IMG/VR virus record: IMGVR_UViG_3300043419_000459
Coordinates: 1-64,000 of that record
Length of the DNA: 64,000 bases
Reading direction: 5' to 3' (one strand)
DNA from: a virus
A model generated the notes under the pieces. It was not told the DNA's origin and did not search any database. It saw only the letters and a program-made list of their open reading frames with translations. Positions 18,897-28,936 of this stretch are shown one piece after another. Both the position numbers and the translations under genes were made by a program. Positions within the stretch are counted from its first letter, which is position 1, and every line of letters starts with the position of its first letter.

Positions 18897-21770
18897 TTAT
18901 AAACCTTTTTGTTTCTTTAATTCTTCTACTTGTGCAGTTAAATTATCGATTTGGATTTGTTGCTCTTTAATACCTTCAATTAATAATGCTACTAATTTTT
19001 CGTATTTAACCGCCTTATATCCATTATCTCTTGTAGTTACGATTTGAGGTAATACTTCTTCAATTTCTTGTGCGATTACACCCACATCGTTTCCTTCATA
19101 TCCGTGTACATCTTTTAATTCTGCTTTCCAATCATAAGTGTTACCACTAATCTTTTTGATTTTTTCAATTGGATTTTCGATTGGAGTGATGTTCTCTTTA
19201 AAGTTTCTATCTGAAGAAGAGTATGCCACAACATCATTTGCTGCGTCAATTCTACCAGATGTTCCACTTGCTGCCATGCCAACACCAATCGAAGCAAATC
19301 TAACATCACTAGATGTAGCTACTGCCTGGCCGATTGAGATTGTTACTGCTCCGGTTGCTCCACTTACTGTTACACCCGTACCTGCAACGTTTGATGTTAC
19401 ACCGGCGTTACTTAAAGTTACTGAACTTCCCAAAGCAACTGCTCCACCACCACTCAGACCAGTTCCTGCAGTTACAGTTACTGATGAGTTAGTTAATTTA
19501 GCATTTGCAATTGAACCAGCTAACATATCATTTGTAACACCACCAGATGCGATAGAAAGTGTTCTAGTTGCACTTATATCACCACCACCTGTTAAACCAC
19601 TACCTGCTGAAATTGATACTGCGGTGTGGTCGATATGTCTGTTTGCAGAATATCCAGTTGTTGAATCGTGTGCTATTTGTGATGAACCAGAAACTACTGA
19701 ATCACCACCTGTATTTAGGTATCTAGCATCGAATGTTGTAGTTAATTGTGAAGAACCACTAATTACACCATCTGCATCCAACTTACTCTTAATAGTTGTG
19801 TTGATTGAAGATGTGAATGATTCCAAATTAGCCGTTTCAACTTCTAATGCCGATAATCTTGTTAATGCTGAACCACTAAATGTATTTAAATTACTTACCG
19901 AAATGTTTACACTTGCAGAAGTTGATTCTAAATTATTTAATCTACCAACACTTGCAGTATAGAATGATGCAAATGCATTATCGTTTGTAGTATCTACCGA
20001 ATTAATTAAGGTTACGATTTCTGCAAATGTATCCTTATCTGCGTCTGCTGCTAATAAGATTGCGTCTACTCTACCTTTTTCGGTTGTAATTCTACTATCT
20101 ACTGATGTTGAATAATCTGAGAATCCGGTTGTTGAACTCAATGTTATTTGAGATGAACCACTTACTACTGAGTCTCCTCCTACATTTAAATATCTATCAT
20201 CAAGTGAGCTTGTTAATTGAGAAGAACCAGAAATTACACCATTTGTTGCTGCAATTGCTCCAGTAATAGAAGTTGCGATTATTCTACCATTAACCGCCAA
20301 TGAACCGGTTACAGATGTTATTGCTAAAGATGATGTACCAAATGAACTATTACCATTTGCGATTATACCACTATCTAAACTCAATCCATTACCAACATTA
20401 GTTAATGTACCTACTACCGTTCCTGCTGCTCCAACGAATTTAATTGAACCGGTTGAAATAAATAAATCTCTCCAAAATTTAGTCGAACTACCCAAATCAA
20501 ATGCATTAGATACTGATGGTAAAATCGAACCACTCATTGTTAATGACCCAGATATTTGTATACCACCTGCCTCTGCTAAAAATAAATCACTTCTATTAGT
20601 ATCACTTGTACCATTACCTATTACAAATAAAGATGTTGTATTATCAACAACGTTAAATTTACCTACTACCGATTGACCAACTGCCGATGCCTTTGTTCCG
20701 ATGCCAGATGCATGTGAATAATGTGCTTCAGCCCAAGAACCACTACCTTCGGCGTGTGAACCTGTTCCTTGTGCAATTGTTCTACTACCTTCAGCATGAG
20801 CGTGTTGACCAGTTGCCATAGAATACCAACCTTCAGAGTGGGCACCTCTTGCATTTGTCATTGTAAATTCACCTTCAGCGTGTCCATATTCATCATAAAC
20901 ATCAGTGTGGTTACCTTCAGCGTGTCCGCCACGTGCATTTGCATATACTACCGTAGATTGTCCTTCAACGTGTCCTGCTATAGCTTCAACGTATGTAGCA
21001 TATCCTTCGGCGTGTGCATATTCTGCAGTTGCTGTTGCTCTAGTAAATCCACCTTCAGTGTGAGATGAAGAACCCGATGCACTCGTACTATCTCCTTCTG
21101 CGTGTGAATATTCTCCATGTGCATGCGTATTATGTCCTTCGGCATGAGATGCAACTCCAGTTGCTCTAGCACGAAGTCCTTCGGCATGAGATATTTGACC
21201 GGTTGCTACCAAATCTTCACCACCATTTCTTAATGAACCAGTGATTCTTAATGAACCAGTTACAGATGTTATTGCTAAAGATGATGTTCCAAATGAACTA
21301 TTACCATTTGCAATCAATCCTGAATCCAATACCATCCCATTAGCTGCATTAGATAATGTACCTACTACCGTTCCTGCTGCTCCAACAAATTTAATTGAAC
21401 CAGTTGAGATGTAAAGGTCTCTCCAGAAATAATCTTCAGAACCTAAATCAAATGCATTTGTTACTGAAGGTATAAGTGATGAACTTAAAGATGCAACTAC
21501 ATTAACAGTGTCGGATGTATTATCACCGATTGTTAATTTTCCACCTAAAGTTAAATTACCCGCAATATTTGCATTTCCTGTGATGTCTAAACCGGAACCT
21601 GAAATTGCTCCAAAGTTTCCTGTGCTTCCTGTTCCAGAAGCTCCTAATACGATGTCGCCGTTGGGGCCGCCGACTACTAATGTTCCCAATGTGGTGTTCA
21701 CATATGGTTCTCCGAATGCTAACGAACCTGATTGTTGTGCGGTTGTCCCACGTCTAAATTTAAGTCCCAT
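18897..21770 (-). CDS. tail fibre with YadA-like HAEG repeats and a C-terminal peptidase S74 intramolecular chaperone
   Basis: N-terminal KFRRG..GEP..NT, 14-aa (S/A/G)HAEG repeats, and SSDRNFKENI...GVIAQE...YEKLVALLIEGIKE. Confidence 0.85.
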   Translation of the reverse strand: MGLKFRRGTTAQQSGSLAFGEPYVNTTLGTLVVGGPNGDIVLGASGTGSTGNFGAISGSGLDITGNANIAGNLTLGGKLTIGDNTSDTVNVVASLSSSLIPSVTNAFDLGSEDYFWRDLYISTGSIKFVGAAGTVVGTLSNAANGMVLDSGLIANGNSSFGTSSLAITSVTGSLRITGSLRNGGEDLVATGQISHAEGLRARATGVASHAEGHNTHAHGEYSHAEGDSTSASGSSSHTEGGFTRATATAEYAHAEGYATYVEAIAGHVEGQSTVVYANARGGHAEGNHTDVYDEYGHAEGEFTMTNARGAHSEGWYSMATGQHAHAEGSRTIAQGTGSHAEGSGSWAEAHYSHASGIGTKASAVGQSVVGKFNVVDNTTSLFVIGNGTSDTNRSDLFLAEAGGIQISGSLTMSGSILPSVSNAFDLGSSTKFWRDLFISTGSIKFVGAAGTVVGTLTNVGNGLSLDSGIIANGNSSFGTSSLAITSVTGSLAVNGRIIATSITGAIAATNGVISGSSQLTSSLDDRYLNVGGDSVVSGSSQITLSSTTGFSDYSTSVDSRITTEKGRVDAILLAADADKDTFAEIVTLINSVDTTNDNAFASFYTASVGRLNNLESTSASVNISVSNLNTFSGSALTRLSALEVETANLESFTSSINTTIKSKLDADGVISGSSQLTTTFDARYLNTGGDSVVSGSSQIAHDSTTGYSANRHIDHTAVSISAGSGLTGGGDISATRTLSIASGGVTNDMLAGSIANAKLTNSSVTVTAGTGLSGGGAVALGSSVTLSNAGVTSNVAGTGVTVSGATGAVTISIGQAVATSSDVRFASIGVGMAASGTSGRIDAANDVVAYSSSDRNFKENITPIENPIEKIKKISGNTYDWKAELKDVHGYEGNDVGVIAQEIEEVLPQIVTTRDNGYKAVKYEKLVALLIEGIKEQQIQIDNLTAQVEELKKQKGL
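20300..21470 (-). repeat. direct repeat of about 220 bp (approx. 20300-20520 and 21250-21470) flanking the HAEG-repeat domain
   Basis: NAFDLGS..FWRDL.ISTGSIKFVGAAGTVVGTL...IANGNSSFGTSSLAITSVTGSL occurs twice, with near-identical DNA stretches. Confidence 0.85.
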
Positions 21771-21869
21771 TTAGTTTACCTTTTTTTTAGTACGTTTATA
21801 AAATATTTTATAATACAACTATAAATATAGAAAGGTTTAGTAAATGTTATGAATTTTAAAAATTATATT

Positions 21870-22289
21870 TTAACATTGAAAATCTCCCGCATATTCTATT
21901 ATATATCCTTGAGCATTATCAATTCTCCATGTAGCACCATTTATATATACATAGTCGTATCCTATTAATACATTGGGATATTGGTCTACATAAACATATG
22001 CACCTTCTGCAAAATCAAAGGGGCCGATGTTTGAATAAAATGTTCTATTGCCAATAGTTGCATCACCACAAACTTCACCGAATGTATTTCCTCTACCACA
22101 ACCAGTATATGTGTTAAATATAACTTGTCCTTGCCAAAATTCATCCATTGAAATGGGATTTGAACCGTCTACACCATATGAAACACCATATGCTGCAGCT
22201 GCATTTGTCATGGTAATTGTTTGTGAAGGTGGTAAACTTCTATCTAAATTGAAATCTCTAAATGATATTTCTCCGTATGGTAGTGCCAT
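21870..22289 (-). CDS. putative fibre tip protein (MALP..G.IS N-terminal type)
   Basis: MALPYGEISFRDF...PISMDEFW N-terminus, a type often seen after S74 fibres; small beta-rich C-terminal domain. Confidence 0.55.
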   Translation of the reverse strand: MALPYGEISFRDFNLDRSLPPSQTITMTNAAAAYGVSYGVDGSNPISMDEFWQGQVIFNTYTGCGRGNTFGEVCGDATIGNRTFYSNIGPFDFAEGAYVYVDQYPNVLIGYDYVYINGATWRIDNAQGYIIEYAGDFQC

Positions 22290-22336
22290 TTATAATGTTA
22301 TTTTATATAAATATAACTTATAAATGATTTTTACAA

Positions 22337-23467
22337 TTATAAAAACTTTTCCAATTCTTTTATTACCATTTCTGATGTGATACGTTTGCTACATTCAAAT
22401 TCACGCTCAGTTCCTTTGTGTTCCGGACACCAATTCCAATCATTAATATCCAATTTATATCTATTAAAACATCCTTGACATACTTCATTGGGTGCAGTTA
22501 TTCTAATACAATCTTTCATTTCTGCCCATTCATATGAAAATCCACTAATTAATATGGTGGGGATATTTAAACTCCAACTTAACCAACTCAACCCGCTACC
22601 GATTCCAATAAATGCTTTGGATTTTAACATTTCATCCATAACTAATTCAATAGGGCCATTTGGGTGTTTTACTATACCATCTGGAAGTTTATTACCCATA
22701 TAGTTATCACCCTCTTTTGATAATAATTTTACATTATACCCTCTACCATTCAACCAATCTACTACATCTTGCCAGCCATTAGGGTTATTCCAAAATTTAG
22801 ATTGAGCGGTACCATGAATACCAATACATACTTGTTTTTTATAAGATGTGTATATATTTGGACGTATTTCTATATATTCTAATCCTAAAATATCAGAACA
22901 CATTTTTTGAAGTGTAACCTTTTTTGGGTCAGTTGGATTTTTAAATAAATTAATAGAGCTATTATCATTGTAAAATACACCTATACAATACATTGCATAT
23001 AAATCGGACACAATATCACCTGGTTTTATAAATTCTATATTAGCATAACCATCTAAAAATAATTCATTCATAAAAGTTGATACAATTAATTTACAATTAT
23101 GCTTTTTTCTAAATTCTTCTAAATACGGAAACCAAGCCAAAGTGTCACCCAATGATTTAGAATCCAATGCAATATAGACTTTTTTATTTTCCGCATTATA
23201 TGAATGTTCAAACCAAACGTTTTCATTTTCATATATTTTGATTTTCCAATTAATAAAATACTCTTTATTACATTTACACCAACAATTATTTTTAATATTT
23301 GTTGTATAAACAATATTGTCAGTATCGGTATCTATGAATTCAACTCTATATTGAGCTTCTTTGTTTCCTTTAATTTCTACAAAAGGGCCATTGACAAAGT
23401 GATAATAAACTTTGTTTTCTATATTTATTTTGTTATTTTTGTTTTTTATTAAATTATCATATATCAT
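22337..23467 (-). CDS. autotransporter O-heptosyltransferase-like (TibC/Aah, BAHT family) protein glycosyltransferase
   Basis: SLGDTLAWFPY, KFWNNPNGW, FIGIGSGLSWLSW, ISGFS and Cys cluster CQGCFN..WNWCPEH...FECSK. Confidence 0.8.
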   Translation of the reverse strand: MIYDNLIKNKNNKINIENKVYYHFVNGPFVEIKGNKEAQYRVEFIDTDTDNIVYTTNIKNNCWCKCNKEYFINWKIKIYENENVWFEHSYNAENKKVYIALDSKSLGDTLAWFPYLEEFRKKHNCKLIVSTFMNELFLDGYANIEFIKPGDIVSDLYAMYCIGVFYNDNSSINLFKNPTDPKKVTLQKMCSDILGLEYIEIRPNIYTSYKKQVCIGIHGTAQSKFWNNPNGWQDVVDWLNGRGYNVKLLSKEGDNYMGNKLPDGIVKHPNGPIELVMDEMLKSKAFIGIGSGLSWLSWSLNIPTILISGFSYEWAEMKDCIRITAPNEVCQGCFNRYKLDINDWNWCPEHKGTEREFECSKRITSEMVIKELEKFL

Positions 23468-24413
23468 TTAATTCAGGATTAAGTTTTTCTATTATAATTT
23501 GTTTAGTTGATTTTAAATCATCATCAATATAAGTTACCAAATCATTATCATCATATGTATTTAAATAAGTGTGTAGTTTCCTGAATATAGATGGTAATTT
23601 ATAACTCAATGCTTCTTTAATTGATAATGGATTTAATTCTAATTTAGAACTAAAATAAAACATATCACATGCTACGTAGAAAGTATCCACATCATCACGT
23701 TCTCCCCATATCACACAATTTTCAGGCTTATCATTCATTAATGGTTTCCAATAATCTTCAAAATTTATAGCTTGGTTACCAACAAAGTGGAATTTAATTT
23801 TATACTTTTCAAATTGTCTTGCTATTGCAAATACTTCACTTTGATTTTTACCCGGTGTAAACAATCCTACATTTAGTACATGCTTCCAAATTGGGTCTAA
23901 TTCTAATTCAACTTGTGCAACTTCCTTATCAAATGTATATTCTTCGATTGGATATTCCCATAACATAGTTTCAACACCAGTACCAATGAATTGTTGCCTA
24001 CTCCATTCAGATACCAAAACATATCTATCGGGTTGATAAATTATTTCATGTGGATTTGTAAATGAACTATGTGTAGTTACTACTATAAAGTAATTTCTAT
24101 TTTTTGTAAAAATTTGGTCTAAAATAAAAGGAGCTAAATGAAATTCTGGTATTTCCTGAAAATGTATGATGTCAGGGTTAGCTTGATTTATTACACTTAG
24201 TATTTCCGATTTATCATCTCCCAATGTATAAACCTTTACTATTGATTTTATTCTATTTTTTTGAACTACATATGTATCCCCACCACTATTATTTATTTCA
24301 ACAACTTCTATTTCAAAATCATTGATAAAGTGTTTTATTTGTTTGTATGTATATTGAGGTTGTCCACCAGTAGAAAGATGTGGACACACATAAAGTAACT
24401 TTTTTTTTCTCAT
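23457..24413 (-). CDS. GT4-like glycosyltransferase
   Basis: PHLSTGGQPQ, NVGLFTPGKNQ and ELNPLSIKEALSY (E-x7-E). Confidence 0.8.
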   Translation of the reverse strand: MRKKKLLYVCPHLSTGGQPQYTYKQIKHFINDFEIEVVEINNSGGDTYVVQKNRIKSIVKVYTLGDDKSEILSVINQANPDIIHFQEIPEFHLAPFILDQIFTKNRNYFIVVTTHSSFTNPHEIIYQPDRYVLVSEWSRQQFIGTGVETMLWEYPIEEYTFDKEVAQVELELDPIWKHVLNVGLFTPGKNQSEVFAIARQFEKYKIKFHFVGNQAINFEDYWKPLMNDKPENCVIWGERDDVDTFYVACDMFYFSSKLELNPLSIKEALSYKLPSIFRKLHTYLNTYDDNDLVTYIDDDLKSTKQIIIEKLNPELNDI

Positions 24414-24420
24414 ATTGTAA

Positions 24421-24452
24421 CAAACATACTAAATATATCTTACTTTTCCAAA
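24421..24452 (-). promoter_or_regulatory. consensus Bacteroidota promoter TTTG-N20-TATGTTTG
   Basis: Exact -33/-7 consensus 7 nt upstream of the GT4/BAHT gene pair. Confidence 0.7.
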
Positions 24453-27370
24453 TTTTCTACTCTATTTAATAATTCTTTTATAGATTCAATTAAAAGTGGA
24501 ACTATTTTTTCATATCTAACAGTCAAATAATTTTCACCTGATTTTGAATTATTATTTTCATCTCTATCAAATGGTGCAAATGCAACTGCTTCAGGTAATA
24601 CTTCTTCAATTTCTTGCGCAATTACTCCGACTTGTTTAGAATAATCGTTATATCCAAATTCCTCTGCTAATTCGTTTTGAGTATAGAATACACCATTTAT
24701 TTTTTGTAATTTAGATAATGCATCTGATATCTTTTCTATATCCTTTTTTAATCTCCTATCTGAATAGTATGCTGTGATGTTTCCGGTAGCTACGATTTCA
24801 CCAGCATTAGTAGTTGCTGCTGTTCCAACACCCAATGAATTTACTTGTGCATTTGAATTGGTGGTAAATCCACCATTTACTCCACTGGTTCCGCTGACAC
24901 CACTTGTTCCATTGCTACCTGGTGCACCATTAACACCACTTGTTCCATTGCTACCTGGTGCACCATTAACACCACTTGTTCCATTACTACCTGGTGCACC
25001 ATTAACACCACTTGTGCCACTTGTACCATTTCCACCATTAACGCCACTTGTTCCATTTCCTCCGTTAACTCCGGATGTGCCACTTGTTCCATTTCCTCCG
25101 TTAACTCCACTCGTACCATTAACACCACTTGTACCGCTTGTACCATTTCCACCATTAACTCCTGATGTTCCATTCGTACCCGGTGAACCATTAACTCCCG
25201 ATGTGCCACTAACTCCACTTGTACCTGGTGCACCATTAATTCCTGATGTACCATTTACACCGCTTGTGCCACTAACTCCACTAGTGCCGTTTAATCCGTT
25301 TATTCCACTTGTACCACTAACACCACTTGTGCCATTAACTCCATCAACTCCACTTGTACCATTTACTCCCGATGTGCCACTTGTACCATTAACTCCTGAT
25401 GTGCCACTCGTGCCACTAACTCCACTTGTACCATTTACACCGCTTGTTCCATTTACTCCGCTTGTACCGTTTACACCGCTTGTGCCATTTACACCGCTGG
25501 TGCCACTTGTACCACTAACTCCACTTGTACCATCCACACCACTTGTGCCACTAACTCCACTTGTACCATGTGTGCCACTTCCTCCACTTGTGCCACTCGT
25601 GCCACTAACTCCACTTGTACCATTTACACCATTATGACCACTTGTACCACTAACGCCGGATGTGCCACTTGTACCCGATTGACCAGTTAAATCTAAATTA
25701 CTTCTTGTTTTTACATTACCACTTGCATCTGCTACTAATATATTTGTTTCAGTCGTACCTTCTGAAATAATTACCGATAAACTACCTGATAATTGAAGTG
25801 AACCTGTGAACGAATGTGTGTCGTTTCCAAAATCACCATGTCTAGTTGAACCGCTAGTAAATAATATACTTGATGTTTGGTTAACGGTTGTCAAATTTGT
25901 AACAGTTAAATTTGTAATAGTTGTATTATTCAATTGTGCCGAAGAACTTATAATTCCGGCCGGTATTGAAGAAATGTCTGTATATACAATTTGTGATGAA
26001 CCTGATACTAATGTATGGGTTGCCGAAGCTACTTCCTCTTTACCTTCAAACGTAGTTAATAAACTATCATTGTAATCTGCAAATCCTGGTATTTCAAAAA
26101 CCGAACCAGCTGCGGTTGTTACATTTATTTGCCAGTTTGATATATTCTCTGTTGGGCCTGCACCTTCTTCAATTGATGTTACATTAACTTCAATATAACC
26201 GGTGGTATCATCATACGATATAACAATAGCTCTCATAAATCGTGTACCATCGTCTTCAACACCTATAATTGCTAATTGACCAGGTGTCCATTGTAATCCG
26301 GTTTCTATTTCAAATGTTTTAAGACCCACTGATATATCATTTATTGTAGTTGATGTAGTTGCAAATCTATCACTAACTCCATCTATACCACTAGTGCCAC
26401 TTGTACCACTCGTGCCATCTATTGCACTCGTACCACTTGTGCCACTCGTACCACTCGTTCCATCGACACCACTTGTGCCACTCGTGCCACTAACTCCACT
26501 TGTACCATTTACACCACTTGTTCCGTTTACTCCCGATGTGCCATTTACACCACTCGTTCCGTTTACTCCCGATGTACCACTTGTTCCACTTTCTCCACTA
26601 GTGCCACTTTCTCCACTCGTGCCACTAACTCCACTTGTACCATCGACACCACTTGTGCCACTTGTACCATCGACACCGCTTGTGCCACTTGTACCATCTA
26701 CTCCACTCGTTCCATTTACTCCACTTGTGCCATCAATACCACTCGTGCCACTTGTACCACTCGTGCCATCTATTGCAGACGTGCCACTCGTTCCACTAGT
26801 GCCACTTTCTCCACTCGTTCCACTAGTGCCACTTTCTCCACTAGTGCCACTTGTACCATCTATTGCGGATGTACCACTCGTTCCACTAACTCCCGATGTG
26901 CCATTAACTCCCGATGTGCCACTTGTTCCACTAACTCCACTTGTACCACTTTCTCCTTGTGGGCCTGCAACTGTGTTATATCCTAATTGTTTTGTTGTAG
27001 TATTATAAGTTACAACTGTTGTATTTGAATCGGTTGGTAATGTTGCTATTTTAACATCACCTTTTATGTCAACACTTCCGGTAAATTGATGTATATCGTC
27101 ATCCGTATCTCCAAACTTTGTAGAACCAGAAGTAAATGCCGCAGATGCCGTTACATATGTTACATGAAATTCGTTTGCAGTTATTATACCGGTTACATTT
27201 ACCGAACCATTTATTGTTTGATTTCCCGTAAATGTGTTAGAACCGGTTGTGGCCATACTGATTTCAGCTGCACCATTACCTACAACTAATGTGTTTTTGT
27301 CTGTATTGAATTCCAACTGACCTTGTGTAGTTACCGGTGTTTGTGTACTATTTAATATTAATGTTGCCAT
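24440..27370 (-). CDS. collagen-like (Gly-X-Y, GTS-rich) tail fibre with a C-terminal peptidase S74 chaperone
   Basis: Two long GTS/GVN/GVS triplet blocks, then [10 protein letters not shown]...GVIAQE...[15 protein letters not shown]. Confidence 0.85.
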   Translation of the reverse strand: MATLILNSTQTPVTTQGQLEFNTDKNTLVVGNGAAEISMATTGSNTFTGNQTINGSVNVTGIITANEFHVTYVTASAAFTSGSTKFGDTDDDIHQFTGSVDIKGDVKIATLPTDSNTTVVTYNTTTKQLGYNTVAGPQGESGTSGVSGTSGTSGVNGTSGVSGTSGTSAIDGTSGTSGESGTSGTSGESGTSGTSGTSAIDGTSGTSGTSGIDGTSGVNGTSGVDGTSGTSGVDGTSGTSGVDGTSGVSGTSGESGTSGESGTSGTSGVNGTSGVNGTSGVNGTSGVNGTSGVSGTSGTSGVDGTSGTSGTSGTSAIDGTSGTSGTSGIDGVSDRFATTSTTINDISVGLKTFEIETGLQWTPGQLAIIGVEDDGTRFMRAIVISYDDTTGYIEVNVTSIEEGAGPTENISNWQINVTTAAGSVFEIPGFADYNDSLLTTFEGKEEVASATHTLVSGSSQIVYTDISSIPAGIISSSAQLNNTTITNLTVTNLTTVNQTSSILFTSGSTRHGDFGNDTHSFTGSLQLSGSLSVIISEGTTETNILVADASGNVKTRSNLDLTGQSGTSGTSGVSGTSGHNGVNGTSGVSGTSGTSGGSGTHGTSGVSGTSGVDGTSGVSGTSGTSGVNGTSGVNGTSGVNGTSGVNGTSGVSGTSGTSGVNGTSGTSGVNGTSGVDGVNGTSGVSGTSGINGLNGTSGVSGTSGVNGTSGINGAPGTSGVSGTSGVNGSPGTNGTSGVNGGNGTSGTSGVNGTSGVNGGNGTSGTSGVNGGNGTSGVNGGNGTSGTSGVNGAPGSNGTSGVNGAPGSNGTSGVNGAPGSNGTSGVSGTSGVNGGFTTNSNAQVNSLGVGTAATTNAGEIVATGNITAYYSDRRLKKDIEKISDALSKLQKINGVFYTQNELAEEFGYNDYSKQVGVIAQEIEEVLPEAVAFAPFDRDENNNSKSGENYLTVRYEKIVPLLIESIKELLNRVENLEK
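24880..25680 (-). repeat. 9/18-bp coding tandem repeat (Gly-Thr-Ser-Gly-Val-Asn), block 2
   Basis: Repeated ccacttgt(a/g/t) units on the + strand. Confidence 0.9.
26385..26955 (-). repeat. 9/18-bp coding tandem repeat (GTS-GVD/GES), block 1
   Basis: Repeated ccact(t/c/a)gt units. Confidence 0.9.
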
Positions 27371-27401
27371 TTACTTATATTATATTTCTTATAAATATCA
27401 A

Positions 27402-28232
27402 TTATATTCCAAAATCTAAATCTACTATTTCTGCAACTGCACATGCTACAAATAATTCTGCAAATGAACGTGGTGGGATGTTATTTCCATCCACATCATT
27501 TAATTGTGCAGTTGATAAATCTACTACCATTCCAGTCAATCCGGAACCATCACCAACGAAACTTATTGCCGTAACACTTCCACTTACATTAACTGAACCT
27601 GTAAATGTGTGAGTATCATCGGATGAATTACCGAAATTAGAACTACCACTTTCAAAAAGGACAGATGATGAAATTACAGAAATATTAAATTGTCTTGCAT
27701 TAACTGCTCCCAAAACTGTTAAGTCCGATGTTACACCCAAAGAACCACTTATTACACTAATACCATGATTAACGGTAAGTGTATCGTTTACTTGTAATGA
27801 ACCAAATGAACCAGTTAAAGTTGCTCTTAAAGAACCACTAATAGTTTGATTTCCTACAAATGTATTTGAACCCGTAGTTGCTGCATCCGTTGGGTTTACT
27901 GCCGCAAGTATTCTACTATCAAAACTTGCACTATCCGTAAAATATGATTGAGTAAATGAATTTAGTGGATTTAATATCGATATTATTTGTGAAGAACCAC
28001 TAACTACACCATTGGTTGCTGCAATAGAACCACTAAACGAATCCGCTATAATAGAACCTGTAATTACTGCATTTGTTGTTACAATAGTTTGAATCGATTC
28101 AACCGAACCTGATTTTTTAAAGTAAATTTTACCATCGTAGGTATTTACCGCTAATTCTCCTAAGTCTAATGAACCCGTACCAGGTACCTTTCCTGATAAC
28201 GCAGAACGTTTCAGTTGAACAATTGATGCCAT
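27402..28232 (-). CDS. fibre segment protein (N-terminal LKRS..GELAVNT domain)
   Basis: Mtd-N-like start; shared [16 protein letters not shown] and FG..DDTHTFTGS modules; ends DLDFGI. Confidence 0.7.
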   Translation of the reverse strand: MASIVQLKRSALSGKVPGTGSLDLGELAVNTYDGKIYFKKSGSVESIQTIVTTNAVITGSIIADSFSGSIAATNGVVSGSSQIISILNPLNSFTQSYFTDSASFDSRILAAVNPTDAATTGSNTFVGNQTISGSLRATLTGSFGSLQVNDTLTVNHGISVISGSLGVTSDLTVLGAVNARQFNISVISSSVLFESGSSNFGNSSDDTHTFTGSVNVSGSVTAISFVGDGSGLTGMVVDLSTAQLNDVDGNNIPPRSFAELFVACAVAEIVDLDFGI

Positions 28233-28264
28233 GTGGCCTTTTATTTAAGTTATTTAACAACAAA

Positions 28265-28280
28265 TGTAGTATATACTACA
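28265..28280. promoter_or_regulatory. perfect 16-bp palindrome TGTAGTATATACTACA
   Basis: Lies between the promoter-like motif (28283-28291) and the start at 28232. Confidence 0.4.
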
Positions 28281-28296
28281 AACATAAATATATTAT

Positions 28297-28330
28297 AAAA
28301 AGAAAAACCCCTACTATGAGGGGTTTCTAT
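28297..28330 (-). terminator. rho-independent terminator
   Basis: Minus strand reads AAACCCCT-CATAGT-AGGGGTTT-TTCTTTT. Confidence 0.75.
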
Positions 28331-28348
28331 TATAATTTTTTATGAATA

Positions 28349-28909
28349 TTAAAATTCTCCTGAATCTGGGCCAAATGATGCTGAAAGTTCTAATTGATAT
28401 AATCTACCATGAACCGAACCACTAAATGCTAATACATCACCAATTCCGTATAATGAACCACTAAATCCTTGTGCAGTTGTAATAGTTGCAATAGTTACAT
28501 CATTATATCTGAAATCTATTTGGTTTTCAGTTGTTGCAACTTTGTATAGAGAACCACTACCTTGAATGTATCCTATTGTTCCTGCAAATGGTTCCGAATT
28601 AAAATCGAAATCATCCGGTCTCATCGATGCAGTTACCCCTGTAATTCCTGCACCATCACCTACTAAGTAAGATGCCGATACTATCGATGCACTAACTGCT
28701 CCAGTAAGACTAATTGAACCCGTTACTTTCGCCCCAGCTACTACGAATTCTACTACCTCATCGGTTGAACCAGACTTGTGTAAGAACGCTTTACCATCAT
28801 AGGTATTTAACGCTATTTCACCTACCTGCAGCGATGCCGTTGTAGGAACCGAACCGGCTACACCTGAACGTTTCAGTAAAATCGATGATGTTGGATTATT
28901 TGTTGCCAT
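28349..28909 (-). CDS. short fibre segment protein (N-terminal LKRS..GEIALNT domain)
   Basis: Start is paralogous to 27402..28232; ends DSGEF. Confidence 0.7.
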   Translation of the reverse strand: MATNNPTSSILLKRSGVAGSVPTTASLQVGEIALNTYDGKAFLHKSGSTDEVVEFVVAGAKVTGSISLTGAVSASIVSASYLVGDGAGITGVTASMRPDDFDFNSEPFAGTIGYIQGSGSLYKVATTENQIDFRYNDVTIATITTAQGFSGSLYGIGDVLAFSGSVHGRLYQLELSASFGPDSGEF

Positions 28910-28936
28910 ATATTTCTATTTATTCTTTATTTATTA

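Noticed and set aside
20300-21470. Diversity-generating retroelement template/variable repeat pair
   Set aside because: Both copies are in frame within one gene, differences are not adenine-specific, and no reverse transcriptase is present in the window
24774-27008. Pro-Leu-Val repeat ORFs on the + strand, and the repeats as a possible CRISPR array
   Set aside because: They are antisense readouts of Gly-Thr-Ser codons; the units are 9/18 bp, degenerate at third positions, and lack unique spacers
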